Shown here one piece after another: positions 30,590 through 38,848 of a stretch of DNA of 64,000 nucleotides (positions within the stretch are counted from its first letter, which is position 1; each line of letters opens with the position of its first letter). This stretch comes from an uncultured Thermoleophilia bacterium (GTDB lineage Bacteria > Actinomycetota > Thermoleophilia > RBG-16-64-13): contig CAVYVU010000017.1 in assembly GCA_963772095.1 (NCBI GenBank), positions 31,402 through 95,401 of the forward strand, in the 5' to 3' direction. Position numbers and translations under genes: made by a program. The notes under the pieces are model-generated. The model made no database searches. It was not told the origin of the DNA and saw only the letters and a program-made list of their open reading frames with translations.

Positions 30590-31519
30590 TCACGCGCGCG
30601 GAAGGTCCGTGAGGTCCTCCGCGGAAAGACGCCAGGCCGCTCCGGCGCTGACGTTAGCCGCCACTTGCTGGGGCGTTGTCGCTCCTGCGATCACAGACGC
30701 CACTCCGCTTTGAGCCGCCAACCAGCCGATGGCGAGCTCCAGGAGCGAATGCCCCCGTTTCTCCGCAAACGCTCTCAGCTCGCTGAGATACGAGAAGGTC
30801 TCCTGCGTCGCGCGAGTAGCGAAACGCGGTGTAGCGGCGAGTCGGGAGCCGGCGGGGAACGGTTCCCCTTGCAGGTACTTGCCGGTGAGAATGCCCGATT
30901 CGAGCGGAAAGTAGGGCACGATACCCATCCCATGGCGGCGGATCGCCGGCACGATGTCCTTCTCGACCTCGCGAGCAAGAAGGTTCCAGTGGATCTGGCC
31001 GGCCACGAATGCGACCATCCCACGCTCGGCAGAGATCCGTGACGCCTCATCGATCTGTTCCGCGCCAAAGTTCGAGCAGCCTACGTGGCCGATCTTGCCC
31101 ACGGCGACCAGTTCATTGAACGCTTCCAGAGCCTCTTCGACAGGGGCCTGAGGATCGGGACGGTGCTGGTAGTAAAGATCTATGTGGTCCGTGCCCAGTC
31201 GGCGGAGACTGATCTCGCAGCCCTCGAGGATACGGCTGCGGAGAAGACCGGCACGGTAGGGCTCATCAGCCGGTCGCGGCGCGAACTTGGTCGCTACGAC
31301 GACGTTGCCGCGCCGATCACCCAAGGCCTTGCCGAGAAAGGTCTCGGACTGGCCTCCCCCATACACTTCGGCGGTGTCGAAATGCGTTATCCCGGCGTCG
31401 AGGGCAGCGTGCACCACGTTCCTGGTTTGGCGCTCGTCGAGCCTCAGCCCAAAGTTGTTGCACCCCAGCCCGACCAGCGACACTTCGGGTCCCGCGACGC
31501 CGAGACGTCTGCTCTCCAT
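30590..31519 (-). CDS. aldo/keto reductase
   Basis: 309-aa ORF LGCNNFG...FDTAEVYGGGQSETFLGKAL typical AKR. Confidence 0.85.
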   Translation of the reverse strand: MESRRLGVAGPEVSLVGLGCNNFGLRLDERQTRNVVHAALDAGITHFDTAEVYGGGQSETFLGKALGDRRGNVVVATKFAPRPADEPYRAGLLRSRILEGCEISLRRLGTDHIDLYYQHRPDPQAPVEEALEAFNELVAVGKIGHVGCSNFGAEQIDEASRISAERGMVAFVAGQIHWNLLAREVEKDIVPAIRRHGMGIVPYFPLESGILTGKYLQGEPFPAGSRLAATPRFATRATQETFSYLSELRAFAEKRGHSLLELAIGWLAAQSGVASVIAGATTPQQVAANVSAGAAWRLSAEDLTDLPRA

Positions 31520-31588
31520 TGACCGCCCTTCCTTACGCGCTATCGGGCCAACTTCTTGTTCCCGCGCGCCCGGCGGACTATGCGCCGG

Positions 31589-34369
31589 CTAAGGCAAGAC
31601 CGCGAAGTCCGCGGCCTTGGCCGTTTGCGGGTTCCGCTTGCTCGTGACAGCCGGGCCAAGACGCCGGGAAACGGCACGGGGGTCTTCCGGACGGCCAAGA
31701 TAATATCCCTGCCCATAATCGCAACCATAGGCGCGAAGGAGCCTGAGAGTGGCCTCGTTTTCGACCCCCTCGCCTACCACCGAGAGGCCCAGTTCGTGGG
31801 CAAGACCGATGGTGGAACGAACTATGGCCGCGTCCTGCTTGTCCACGGTCATGGTGAGGACGAACGACTTGTCGATCTTCACCGCGTCCGCTGGGAGGTT
31901 CTTGAGGTATGGAAGTCCCGATTGACCTGCCCCAAAATCGTCGATTGCCACCTGAACCCCCAGATCCCTGATGGCGGCCAGCACTTTGGTGCTGCGCTCG
32001 TGGTCGATCATGATGCTTCCCTCGGTGAGCTCCACTATCAGCCAGTCCGCGCAGCACTTGTGCCGCGCGAGCAGGCTGTTGATCATGTCGGGGAGATCCG
32101 GGTCGTCCAGATCGCGCGCAGACAGGTTGACCGAGACCCGCGTGTCAAGGCCCCGCGTCCTCCACCGGGCACATTGGGCAAGAGCTTTTCCAAGGGCCCA
32201 CTTCGCCAGACGACCTGCCAGTCCATCCTGTTCGAGGAGATCCAGAAACTCGCTGGGCAGGATGAGGCCGCGACGAGGATGATTCCATCTGACCAGGGCT
32301 TCCACCGAGGCTACCCCACCCCGGCGAAGGTCGATGAGAGGCTGGTAGTAAAGGGTGAGCTCCCCGTGCTCGAAGGCGGCATGTAGGTCGGCCTGGAGGG
32401 TGAGTCTTTCCGCAGAATGGTGGTCGTCCTCCAGTTCGTAGACCGCATAACGCGCTCCACCGGCGTGCTTGGCCGTGTACATCGCGATATCAGCAAACCG
32501 AAGAAGGCTGTCCACCGTGGAACCGTGGATCGGAAATAGGGCGATGCCCATGCTCGCCGAGAGGACCAGCTCGCGGCCCTCTACCTTGAACGAGCTTTTG
32601 AAGACCTCCAGGACCCTGAGGGCGACCCGACGGGCGTCTTCGGGATCGTGGACTGCGAGGACAATGGCGAATTCGTCTCCTCCCAGCCGGGAAAGGACAT
32701 CGACCCCGCGGATCGTCCGGCCCAGCCTACTGGCGACCAGCTCGAGGAGAACGTCTCCGGATTGGTGACCAAGGTTGTCGTTTATGTTCTTGAACTGGTC
32801 TAGATCAAGGACGCACAGCGCAAAAGGCTTGAGCTCGGACCCAGGAGAATCGATGAGCTCAGCCACTCGCTCACGGAAATGCATACGGTTCGGCAGGTTG
32901 GTCACACTGTCGTGGAGGGCCTGGAATCTGAGGGCCTCTTCCCATTGCCTGTTCTCGGTCACGTCCCTGGCGATGCATTCGTATCCAGAGAGCTCGCCGC
33001 CGCCAAAGACACCCCGCACGCTCGCCTCGAGCATTATCTCCCTTCCGTCCTTGCTCGTGAGACGAACCTCCTGCCTATCGCTGCTCTCCAGGAGGAACGG
33101 CAGGTCTCGGAAGGCAGAAGACGCCTCGCTGCCGAGGAGATCGGAGACACTCCTCTCCAGAAGCTCGCCTTTCGAATAGCCTGTCGCCCTCTCCACGGCC
33201 GTGTTCACGCTGGTGAAGCGACCGTTCTTGTCCAAGGTGAGGATGAGATCATGGGCGTTATCCACCAGGATGCGGTAGCGCCGTTCGCTCTCGAGCACGG
33301 CGTGCTCAGCCCGCCGTCTCTCCGTGATGTCCCGGAGAACGATCAGCCGTCCTGTCCTCTCACCCCCGGCCCCCAGAGGGGAAGCAAGCATGTCGAGAAA
33401 ACGCTCGCCCTCACCTTCGCCTAGGCACACCTCACAGTGGACTTCAGCCGCCGAGGTGCTATCTCCGCATTTCTCGCAATCCCCACAATCCCGAAGAACC
33501 TGTTCCATGCGTTCCCCAAGAAGCTGTGGGGTGGATGCCCCCAAGATCAGACGCGCGGCCGGGTTGGAGTCTATGACTCCGCCTTCGGGGTCGAGCACGA
33601 TAACCCCATCGAGCATCGTTTCGATGATCGCGCTTCTTGCTCGGGACATGAGACCAAAGGAGAGGTCGAGCAGCCGGAAGCGCGACAACGCAAGCGCAAG
33701 CATCCCGCCGGTCACGGCGAACGCGAACGGGGTGGGATCGAAGTCCCTGTCGGGAGCAAAGCCGGTCGCGTAAAGGAGGTTTGCTATCCAGGGCACCGCA
33801 ACGGCGATGATGATGAGAACTGCCTGCACCCGATAGTGGCGTGGGTACCGAAGGGCGGAGCGAACGAGGACCACCGCGCCCACCAGGATGAGGCTGTAGG
33901 AGTAGGCCAGGTGGACCCAGAAGAACGGCCCGTGGCTTATGGCGAGAGTGGAGAAAGGATCCGATCTGTCTGGTCCCACGGAACTCCACATAAGACCATG
34001 GAGCTGGTTCGTTGCAAGGACAAGCAGAGTGATAACCGGGACCACGAATAGGAGGGCGATCCTTTTCCTAGTGAGACCACCGTCGTGTCCCGTGTAGCAA
34101 AGTGCGAACAGCAGCCAGAAGACGGGCACGGAGACGATGCCCAGATACTCGGCACCCGCCATCGTGGTCTTCGCCGTGACGTTCGCCAACGCGCCCTCAA
34201 GGGCGTAAAGCAAGCACCAGAGGCCGACGCCGAGAAGCATGAGGGAGAAGTATCTTCGCCCTGGCGTGTTGCGGCGACGCCAGGCGGTGAAGGACAGAAT
34301 CCAGCTAAGTGCGGCGGCAGCCACAAGAGGGCCCACAAAAGGTAGGAGAGATGTCAGCCTTCCGTCCAC
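31589..34369 (-). CDS. membrane sensor protein: N-terminal multi-TM domain, two PAS domains, GGDEF diguanylate cyclase, EAL phosphodiesterase
   Basis: about 8 N-terminal TM helices; PAS (ETMLDGVIVLD, ILVDNAHDLILTLDKNG); GGDEF (RLGGDEFAIVL); EAL (ELTEGS, QVAIDDFGAGQSGL) motifs. Confidence 0.85.
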   Translation of the reverse strand: MDGRLTSLLPFVGPLVAAAALSWILSFTAWRRRNTPGRRYFSLMLLGVGLWCLLYALEGALANVTAKTTMAGAEYLGIVSVPVFWLLFALCYTGHDGGLTRKRIALLFVVPVITLLVLATNQLHGLMWSSVGPDRSDPFSTLAISHGPFFWVHLAYSYSLILVGAVVLVRSALRYPRHYRVQAVLIIIAVAVPWIANLLYATGFAPDRDFDPTPFAFAVTGGMLALALSRFRLLDLSFGLMSRARSAIIETMLDGVIVLDPEGGVIDSNPAARLILGASTPQLLGERMEQVLRDCGDCEKCGDSTSAAEVHCEVCLGEGEGERFLDMLASPLGAGGERTGRLIVLRDITERRRAEHAVLESERRYRILVDNAHDLILTLDKNGRFTSVNTAVERATGYSKGELLERSVSDLLGSEASSAFRDLPFLLESSDRQEVRLTSKDGREIMLEASVRGVFGGGELSGYECIARDVTENRQWEEALRFQALHDSVTNLPNRMHFRERVAELIDSPGSELKPFALCVLDLDQFKNINDNLGHQSGDVLLELVASRLGRTIRGVDVLSRLGGDEFAIVLAVHDPEDARRVALRVLEVFKSSFKVEGRELVLSASMGIALFPIHGSTVDSLLRFADIAMYTAKHAGGARYAVYELEDDHHSAERLTLQADLHAAFEHGELTLYYQPLIDLRRGGVASVEALVRWNHPRRGLILPSEFLDLLEQDGLAGRLAKWALGKALAQCARWRTRGLDTRVSVNLSARDLDDPDLPDMINSLLARHKCCADWLIVELTEGSIMIDHERSTKVLAAIRDLGVQVAIDDFGAGQSGLPYLKNLPADAVKIDKSFVLTMTVDKQDAAIVRSTIGLAHELGLSVVGEGVENEATLRLLRAYGCDYGQGYYLGRPEDPRAVSRRLGPAVTSKRNPQTAKAADFAVLP

Positions 34370-34537
34370 AAGATCGCGTCCTCAGTGTGCCCGAGCCCGT
34401 ATCGCCGCATCCTCGTTATCGGAGACCGCGGGCAAAAACTGAAGCGCGGGGAATGGCCGCTGTGGTCGCTGGCTGGTGGTTGTGCCTGGCGCAGAGGCGA
34501 CTCAGAACAAGTTCTCAGACGCCCCCCGAGATCCGCC

Positions 34538-35812
34538 TTACTTCTGAAGAGGCCAGACGATGTGTCCAGCCGTGTCGATGTATCCCACCTTGGCGCTCGG
34601 ATCGAAGGGCCCCGCGCCTGTCGTCACCTCGGCAAGCCCTTGGCTATAGTCGGAGACCCAGGCATAGCGAGTGGAGATGGCGACCTTCCCTGCCGGGTTG
34701 ATGTAGTCGGCCCCGATACTCGCCAACCCTCCCGAGAAGGAGAAGGCGTGAAAGAACTGAGGCGCGATGACCATTTCCCCCGTGGTGTCGATGTAGCCCC
34801 ATCTGCTGCCGACCTTGACGGCAGCCAGACCTTCCGAGAAAGGCAATACTTCGTCGAACCGGGCGGGGATCACCATCTGTCCGGTCTCGTCCAAGTACCC
34901 CCATTTGCCCTCCACCCTCACCCCTACCCGGGACTCTGAAAACGTGCCCGCGAGGTGATAGGCAAAATCGTCGCTGGGGTCGAACTGAGCGGGGATGACC
35001 ATGACTCCCTGGGCGTTTATGTAGCCCGTCTTGCCATCCATGCGGACCGCCGCGAGGCCCTCCGAGAAGGCGTGCGCAAGATCGAACTGAGCGGGGATGA
35101 CGATCGTTCCCGTCTCGCCGATGTAGCCCATCTTGTCACCGATGTTGCGCTGAACCGCCGCCAGTCCCCCGGAAAAAGATCCTGCGACGGCATACTGCGC
35201 GGCGATGACCATCTTGCCGTGCTGATCGACAAAGCCCGACCTGCCACCGGTCTCCACCAAGCCCAGACCCTCAGAGAAGGGGCAGGCAAAATCGAACTGC
35301 AAGGGGATGGCCACCTTCCCCTCCCCGTCAACGTATCCCCACTTGCCCCCAAGCTCAACGTCGGCAAGACCTTCGGAAAAGGGGTCGGCTACGTCGAACT
35401 GCGGAGCGATTACGATCTTTCCCGTCCGGTCGATGTAGCCCCACTTGTCTTTGACCTTGACGGCGAAGAGAACGGCCGGCGAAGACACCGGGACGGTCAC
35501 ACCCGTGGAGGAGGGCGAGTCCGACGTCCTTCCGCTGGTGCTGGCGGAATTCTTGCCCGTTTCCTCGTTCCCCGAGCCGGTAATGCCGGAGCAGGCGACC
35601 CCTGTGATCCCAATGGCTATCAATAGGAAGATGGTCAGTACGGCGACCAACGCTCGGGGACCAAGACTGACTTTTTCGCGACCGGAACGCCGGCTGTGGG
35701 CAGGGGCGCCGGGACGTTGACCGGCAGCGCCGTGGCCGGAGCGACGGGCGGGGCGCCGGCCGGGGGCGACGTGGCCGGGCCGCTGGCTGCGAGCGCTGCG
35801 AATCAGTCGCAT
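34538..35812 (-). CDS. WG-repeat-containing putative lipoprotein (about 10 tandem roughly 36-aa repeats)
   Basis: repeated KWGY(I/V)DxxGKxVIxPQFDxAxxFSEGLAxV units; N-terminal hydrophobic anchor with VACSG lipobox-like site; start codon uncertain. Confidence 0.7.
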   Translation of the reverse strand: MRLIRSARSQRPGHVAPGRRPARRSGHGAAGQRPGAPAHSRRSGREKVSLGPRALVAVLTIFLLIAIGITGVACSGITGSGNEETGKNSASTSGRTSDSPSSTGVTVPVSSPAVLFAVKVKDKWGYIDRTGKIVIAPQFDVADPFSEGLADVELGGKWGYVDGEGKVAIPLQFDFACPFSEGLGLVETGGRSGFVDQHGKMVIAAQYAVAGSFSGGLAAVQRNIGDKMGYIGETGTIVIPAQFDLAHAFSEGLAAVRMDGKTGYINAQGVMVIPAQFDPSDDFAYHLAGTFSESRVGVRVEGKWGYLDETGQMVIPARFDEVLPFSEGLAAVKVGSRWGYIDTTGEMVIAPQFFHAFSFSGGLASIGADYINPAGKVAISTRYAWVSDYSQGLAEVTTGAGPFDPSAKVGYIDTAGHIVWPLQK

Positions 35813-36699
35813 TAGACGCTCGCGGGCTTGGTGATGCGCTTGACCACTCGGATCACGAGGTCGGCCGGGAGTGTGATACCGGCCTTCTCCCCGGCGATCT
35901 CTGCCATGTTGATGCCTACCACCCGGCCTTCGGCGTCGATAAGCGGTCCTCCCGAATTGCCGTGGACGAGGGCGACCGAGCTCTCTATCACCTCGTGTAC
36001 CCCGGGAAGGCGGTCGTACTCCACGTTGCGCAGAAAGGCGGTGACGTGACCAGTCGTAACCGGACGCGCAAGCACTCCGTGGTTGCCCATCGCTACCACG
36101 AAATCACCCGGGGCAAGACCCGAGAGGTCGGTGCGGAACAGTGCCGGATGAAGCCCCGCGGCCCGCACCCGAAGTACAGCGATGTCTGTCGTGGGATCTC
36201 GTCCCACAAGCACAGCGGACACGGTGGTGCCGGATGGGAGAGTCACGCGGAAGCGTTGCGCGGGCTTGTCCGTCTCTCCCGTGACCACATGGTTGTTGGT
36301 GATGATCAACCCGGTCGCGCTATAGATGACGCCGGTCCCAATGGCGTCGACCTCCTCGGTGCGCGATCGGGAAAGGACGGCCGTGACGCCCACCACGCTA
36401 GATCCGAGTTTCCGCGCGATCAAGGCGGCGTCGCCCGAAGCGAGGTGCGCGGCGGTGGTGCTTGTCTGCGGCGGGCGCAGGGTAGTCGCCGGAGCCACGG
36501 CGGTAGTCGAGGTATGCACTAGCCTCGTGATCTGCGTGGAAGACTGCCCGGCACCAGTGGCTCGAGCCGTGGTACCAGGCCCGGCGGGTGAGTGGGCCAA
36601 GTCGGAAAGCGAGCACCCGGCCAGCAAAGAGGCTAGGGCCAAGCCGAGTAGGACCAGTGTGACAACAGAACCGAGGACCGGCCAAAAAGTGCGCTTCAT
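35812..36699 (-). CDS. trypsin-like (S1 family, HtrA-like without PDZ) serine protease lipoprotein
   Basis: signal/lipobox LLAGCS; His/Asp/Ser triad context (TNNHVV, DIAVLRV, GNSGGPL); start placed at Met-40 of the ORF, so the start is uncertain. Confidence 0.65.
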   Translation of the reverse strand: MKRTFWPVLGSVVTLVLLGLALASLLAGCSLSDLAHSPAGPGTTARATGAGQSSTQITRLVHTSTTAVAPATTLRPPQTSTTAAHLASGDAALIARKLGSSVVGVTAVLSRSRTEEVDAIGTGVIYSATGLIITNNHVVTGETDKPAQRFRVTLPSGTTVSAVLVGRDPTTDIAVLRVRAAGLHPALFRTDLSGLAPGDFVVAMGNHGVLARPVTTGHVTAFLRNVEYDRLPGVHEVIESSVALVHGNSGGPLIDAEGRVVGINMAEIAGEKAGITLPADLVIRVVKRITKPASV

Positions 36700-37078
36700 G
36701 AGAACTATTGTCCCACTAACGTCGCTCGCGGTCTTACGACCCCCGGCCGCCTTGCCTCCACGCGCACTCCGATGCCGGCCAGGATGTATCCGCGGCTGCT
36801 CTTTGATACCGTTCATCAGTCCTGGACGGTTGGCGTCCGTGCATCGTCACGGCCAGCGGTCGCTCACACAGCGAAGCTCGGAGAAATCCATGCACGCGGT
36901 CTTGTTTCGAACCATCTTTGCGCGGGTCCGGGGAAGTCGGCGGCGACAAGGCGCACCCGCGTGAGGCCCGGGCGGACGCGGTGCGCCGGGTGAAGGCCGC
37001 CCGGGCGAAGTTCGCGCGAACCACGTGCGCCCGGTTGGGGGCCGCCCAGGTTAGGTCAACGCGGCCGGATGTGCCGCT

Positions 37079-37846
37079 GTGACCGGTTCTCACGCCCTTC
37101 TGCTTGTGGTCGCTGGATTCGCCGCCGGGGTATCGAACGGCGTGGCGGGCGGGGGCACGTTGCTGTCTTTTCCTGCTCTTCTCGCCGTCGGTTATCCGGC
37201 CATCACCGCCAACGTGACCTCCACGATCGGCCTTTGGCCGAGCACACTCGGTGGCAGCGCAGGTTTTCGTCGCGAGCTGACCGCTCAAGGCAAGCGAGTG
37301 CGCGCCCTCGTCCCTGCCGCCTGTGCGGGAGGACTCATCGGGTCGGTCCTCTTGCTCACCACTCCCCCCAGCGCGTTCCGATCCGTCGTACCCTATCTGA
37401 TCCTTGCCGCCTGCGCGCTTTTTGCGAGCCAGCCGCTCATAGCCCGCACGCTGCGGCGGGTTCGGGGCGAAACGGAAGGCGACGTCGCGGTCCACACTCC
37501 CTGGACCGCGTACGCCGGGACCCTCCTGGCGTCGGTCTATGGCGGCTACTTCGGCGCTGGGCTGGGCATCATCCTTCTCGCCGTTCTCGGCACGGTCCTG
37601 CATGACGCAGTTCATCGCATCAACGGTCTGCGCGTCGTATTGGCCATGGCCGTCAACCTCGTGGCCCTTGTTGTGTTCGTCTTTGCCGCCCATGTGGCCT
37701 GGACTGCTGTGGGCCTGCTCGCAGTCACAAGCCTGGTGGGCGGCTACACTGGAGCCCGGCTATCCCGGCGGCTGCCGGCGTGGGTGCTGAGGATCGTGGT
37801 CGTCGCGTTCGGCCTGGCGGCCGCGGTACGACTGCTGGTGGCCTGA
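37079..37846 (+). CDS. TauE/SafE-family (DUF81) sulfite/anion exporter
   Basis: 255-aa ORF with about 8 TM helices and internally duplicated Gly-rich segments. Confidence 0.8.
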   Translation: MTGSHALLLVVAGFAAGVSNGVAGGGTLLSFPALLAVGYPAITANVTSTIGLWPSTLGGSAGFRRELTAQGKRVRALVPAACAGGLIGSVLLLTTPPSAFRSVVPYLILAACALFASQPLIARTLRRVRGETEGDVAVHTPWTAYAGTLLASVYGGYFGAGLGIILLAVLGTVLHDAVHRINGLRVVLAMAVNLVALVVFVFAAHVAWTAVGLLAVTSLVGGYTGARLSRRLPAWVLRIVVVAFGLAAAVRLLVA

Positions 37847-37965
37847 GAGCGCTGCTGCGCCGGCGCCGGCGGCTCGGACACGTCCGGATCTTAGGCGCTC
37901 TTGCCCTACGAATCGCCTCGAGTGGGTATAAGACCTGAATCAGCGAACCAACCGCGGAGGATGTC

Positions 37966-38838
37966 ATGGCGCGCGCACTCTGGAAGGGGGCGATCAGTTT
38001 CGGTCTGGTGACGATCCCCGTCTCGCTCTACCCCGCGAAGGACCGGTCGGGGGACATGGCGTTCCACATGTTGCACAAGTCCGATCTGAGCCGGGTTCAC
38101 AACATCCGGATGGACGACGAGGATCACGAAGTCCCCTACGAGGACGTGGTCAAAGGCTACGAGTACGAAAAAGGACAGTACGTAGTGATAGGGGAGTCGG
38201 ATCTCGAAGCGGCCAATGTGGAGGCGACGCAAACCATCGACATCATGCACTTTGTCGACGGTGGGGAGATCGACATCGCCTATTACGACACCCCTTACTA
38301 CACAGAGCCCGCGAAGGTAGGTCGGAAGGCATACGCGCTGCTGCGCGAGACACTCAAGCGCACGGGCAAGATCGGGGTGGCGAAGATCATCGTCCGGGAG
38401 CGGCAGCATCTCTGTGGTGTGATCGCAGACGGCCCCGCGCTCCTCGCGTACACGTTCCGATGGCCCTATCAGCTGCGGGACGCGTCAGAATTCGACCTTC
38501 CCGGCGAGGATCTGGATAAGCTTGGAGTCAGCCCGCAGGAATTGAAGATGGCCCAGCAATTGGTCGAGGCCATGGCCACAGAGTGGGAACCCGGACAGTA
38601 CCAAGACACTTACCGCGATGACCTACTCAAGCTGATCGAGGAGAAGGTCAAGAGCGGAAAGACGACGGAAGTCTCCGAGCCACCAAAACGGCGAGCGCCG
38701 GAGACCAACGTCGTCGACATCATGTCGCTCCTCAAGCGGAGTATGGAACAGAAGAAGTCCGGGACCACCGCGCCCGAGGAGGCTGACGCAGCCCCCAGGA
38801 AAGGTAGCCCACGGGGAAGGGCCAAGAAGGCGGGTTGA
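37966..38838 (+). CDS. ku: Ku protein (NHEJ DNA end-binding)
   Basis: MARALWKGAISFGLVTIPVSLY canonical bacterial Ku N-terminus; Lys-rich C-terminal tail; GGAGGA SD upstream. Confidence 0.9.
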   Translation: MARALWKGAISFGLVTIPVSLYPAKDRSGDMAFHMLHKSDLSRVHNIRMDDEDHEVPYEDVVKGYEYEKGQYVVIGESDLEAANVEATQTIDIMHFVDGGEIDIAYYDTPYYTEPAKVGRKAYALLRETLKRTGKIGVAKIIVRERQHLCGVIADGPALLAYTFRWPYQLRDASEFDLPGEDLDKLGVSPQELKMAQQLVEAMATEWEPGQYQDTYRDDLLKLIEEKVKSGKTTEVSEPPKRRAPETNVVDIMSLLKRSMEQKKSGTTAPEEADAAPRKGSPRGRAKKAG

Positions 38839-38848
38839 GAAGTCAGCC

